A stretch of 64,000 nucleotides of DNA. Source: Raillietiella orientalis. Its lineage: Eukaryota. Position numbers and translations under genes: made by a program. Below the pieces are notes generated by a model. That model worked only from the letters and a program-made list of their open reading frames with translations. It was not told the origin of the DNA and made no database searches. The DNA lies in the NCBI GenBank assembly GCA_036172245.1, contig JAYWIR010000019.1, positions 1,922,001 to 1,986,000 of the forward strand, read 5' to 3'. Within the stretch, counting starts at the first letter, position 1. The number at the start of each line of letters is the position of its first letter. This document shows, in pieces, positions 62,900-64,000 of this stretch.

Positions 62900-63810
62900 G
62901 AGGAGGGTTTTCCATGAACGACGACGCGACCTTTCATGCTTTCGATCAGATCCTTCCAGCTATTGGTCTGGAAGCTGCCTGGACTACCTGGCAGCATCTC
63001 TTTCAGTAGTCGCCCTCATGAAGGTTCGCAACACGTATCGTCCATGGTCACTCCGATGCGCTGCATTCGTGGATGGACGAGACAACTGAAAAGCTTCAAG
63101 TACCAAGAAGCACTTCGCTGTGATGCACTCCACAATTTATCAGTCTATTCCAAAGATGATAGCTCCTTTAAGATAGAATTCGCACACAATACGGAAACAC
63201 GCAACAGCTTCCTAGGAGTGCATCCAGGAAATCACACGGACTCTGGAGGATATCTCAAAGAAAATACGCATGATTTGCGAACCTAGAGCGACAAGCTTGA
63301 GGAAATGCAAGAGTCCGTTGCCAGGGGAGCAGTGTTTCGACACAGTGAAGCCACGGGGCTGCACACACTTTGTTGCCAGCTTCCATTCGTTCATCTTCCG
63401 AGGATCTGTTTCTTTTCGACACAGACACATAACACAGGGCATCCGAAAGAAGGGGGCTGTAAGAATGGGACGCTCCAAAATGCCAGCAACACATTTCCGT
63501 ACAAGTCTCGGAAGTGTGATCAATAGAGAGCATTTTAAGTATACAGCTTTTCTGATGTCTGTTCTTGTGGAATGAAACATTCCGATGTTTTCGAATATCA
63601 ATCCAGAGAAACTCTGGACTGGTAACATCCGAAGGAGATAAACATGAGAGGCTCATCTCTTCGATAGCCAAAGAACCAGCAAAAAACACAAACAGTCACA
63701 GTGGAGCCCGTATAACGCGGGAGATATGCACCGCGTTGTACGAGACCTGTGGTTTATACCTTGATAGCATGAGATGCATGCAATGTATCTGATACGCTGT
63801 AACGGTTTAT
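62900..63810 (+). mobile_element. Possible Penelope-like element remnant (RT and start of GIY-YIG)
   Basis: Degenerate motif order FVDG (cf. YVDD), IEFAHNTETRNSFLGV (cf. IKFT.E.....FLDV), ASFH (cf. S.HP) and VVYTL / CMQC (cf. VVY.I.C..C). Confidence 0.4.
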
Positions 63811-64000
63811 ATTTGTTATCTCACTTCGAAACAAAAAAAGGATAAAACGCTGCGAGCGTTTATTTATTAGCAAACTTAAGGCAAACAGAACAAGGTTTTC
63901 GGCTTTTGTTCCTATCCAAGCAATTGGAACAATCTTTCTATAATTTCCATGATCCTCGTTGCTACGCTCGAACGCGCTATTTTATCCACGGGAACGTGGA

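Overview
Eukaryotic (metazoan, probably invertebrate) genomic DNA with very small introns, in three compositional blocks. (1) About 1-12,900 is GC/CpG-rich transposon debris: two copies of a tRNA-headed SINE-like family, mariner fragments and probable LINE remnants. (2) About 13,000-39,300 is an AT-rich block carrying four conserved spliced genes: MBTPS2 (site-2 protease, +), an NDUFAF4-like gene (+), EED/ESC (Polycomb, -) and PAXBP1/GCFC (+). (3) About 39,300-64,000 is GC-rich again, with a near full-length decayed Tx1/L1-clade LINE, other RT remnants, a third SINE copy, a Penelope-like remnant and AT-rich islands. The most notable observations are: NDUFAF4 and EED stop codons only 2 bp apart tail-to-tail; a ~0.6-0.8 kb SINE-like family with a possibly dimeric tRNA-like head; an apparently perfect 682-bp inverted repeat inside otherwise diverged paralogues of an unrecognised element; and a 43-bp template-switch-type inverted duplication inside the LINE RT. 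Gene names come from motif recognition by eye and exon boundaries were read by hand. No database search was run. No prokaryotic system (operon, CRISPR) is supported.
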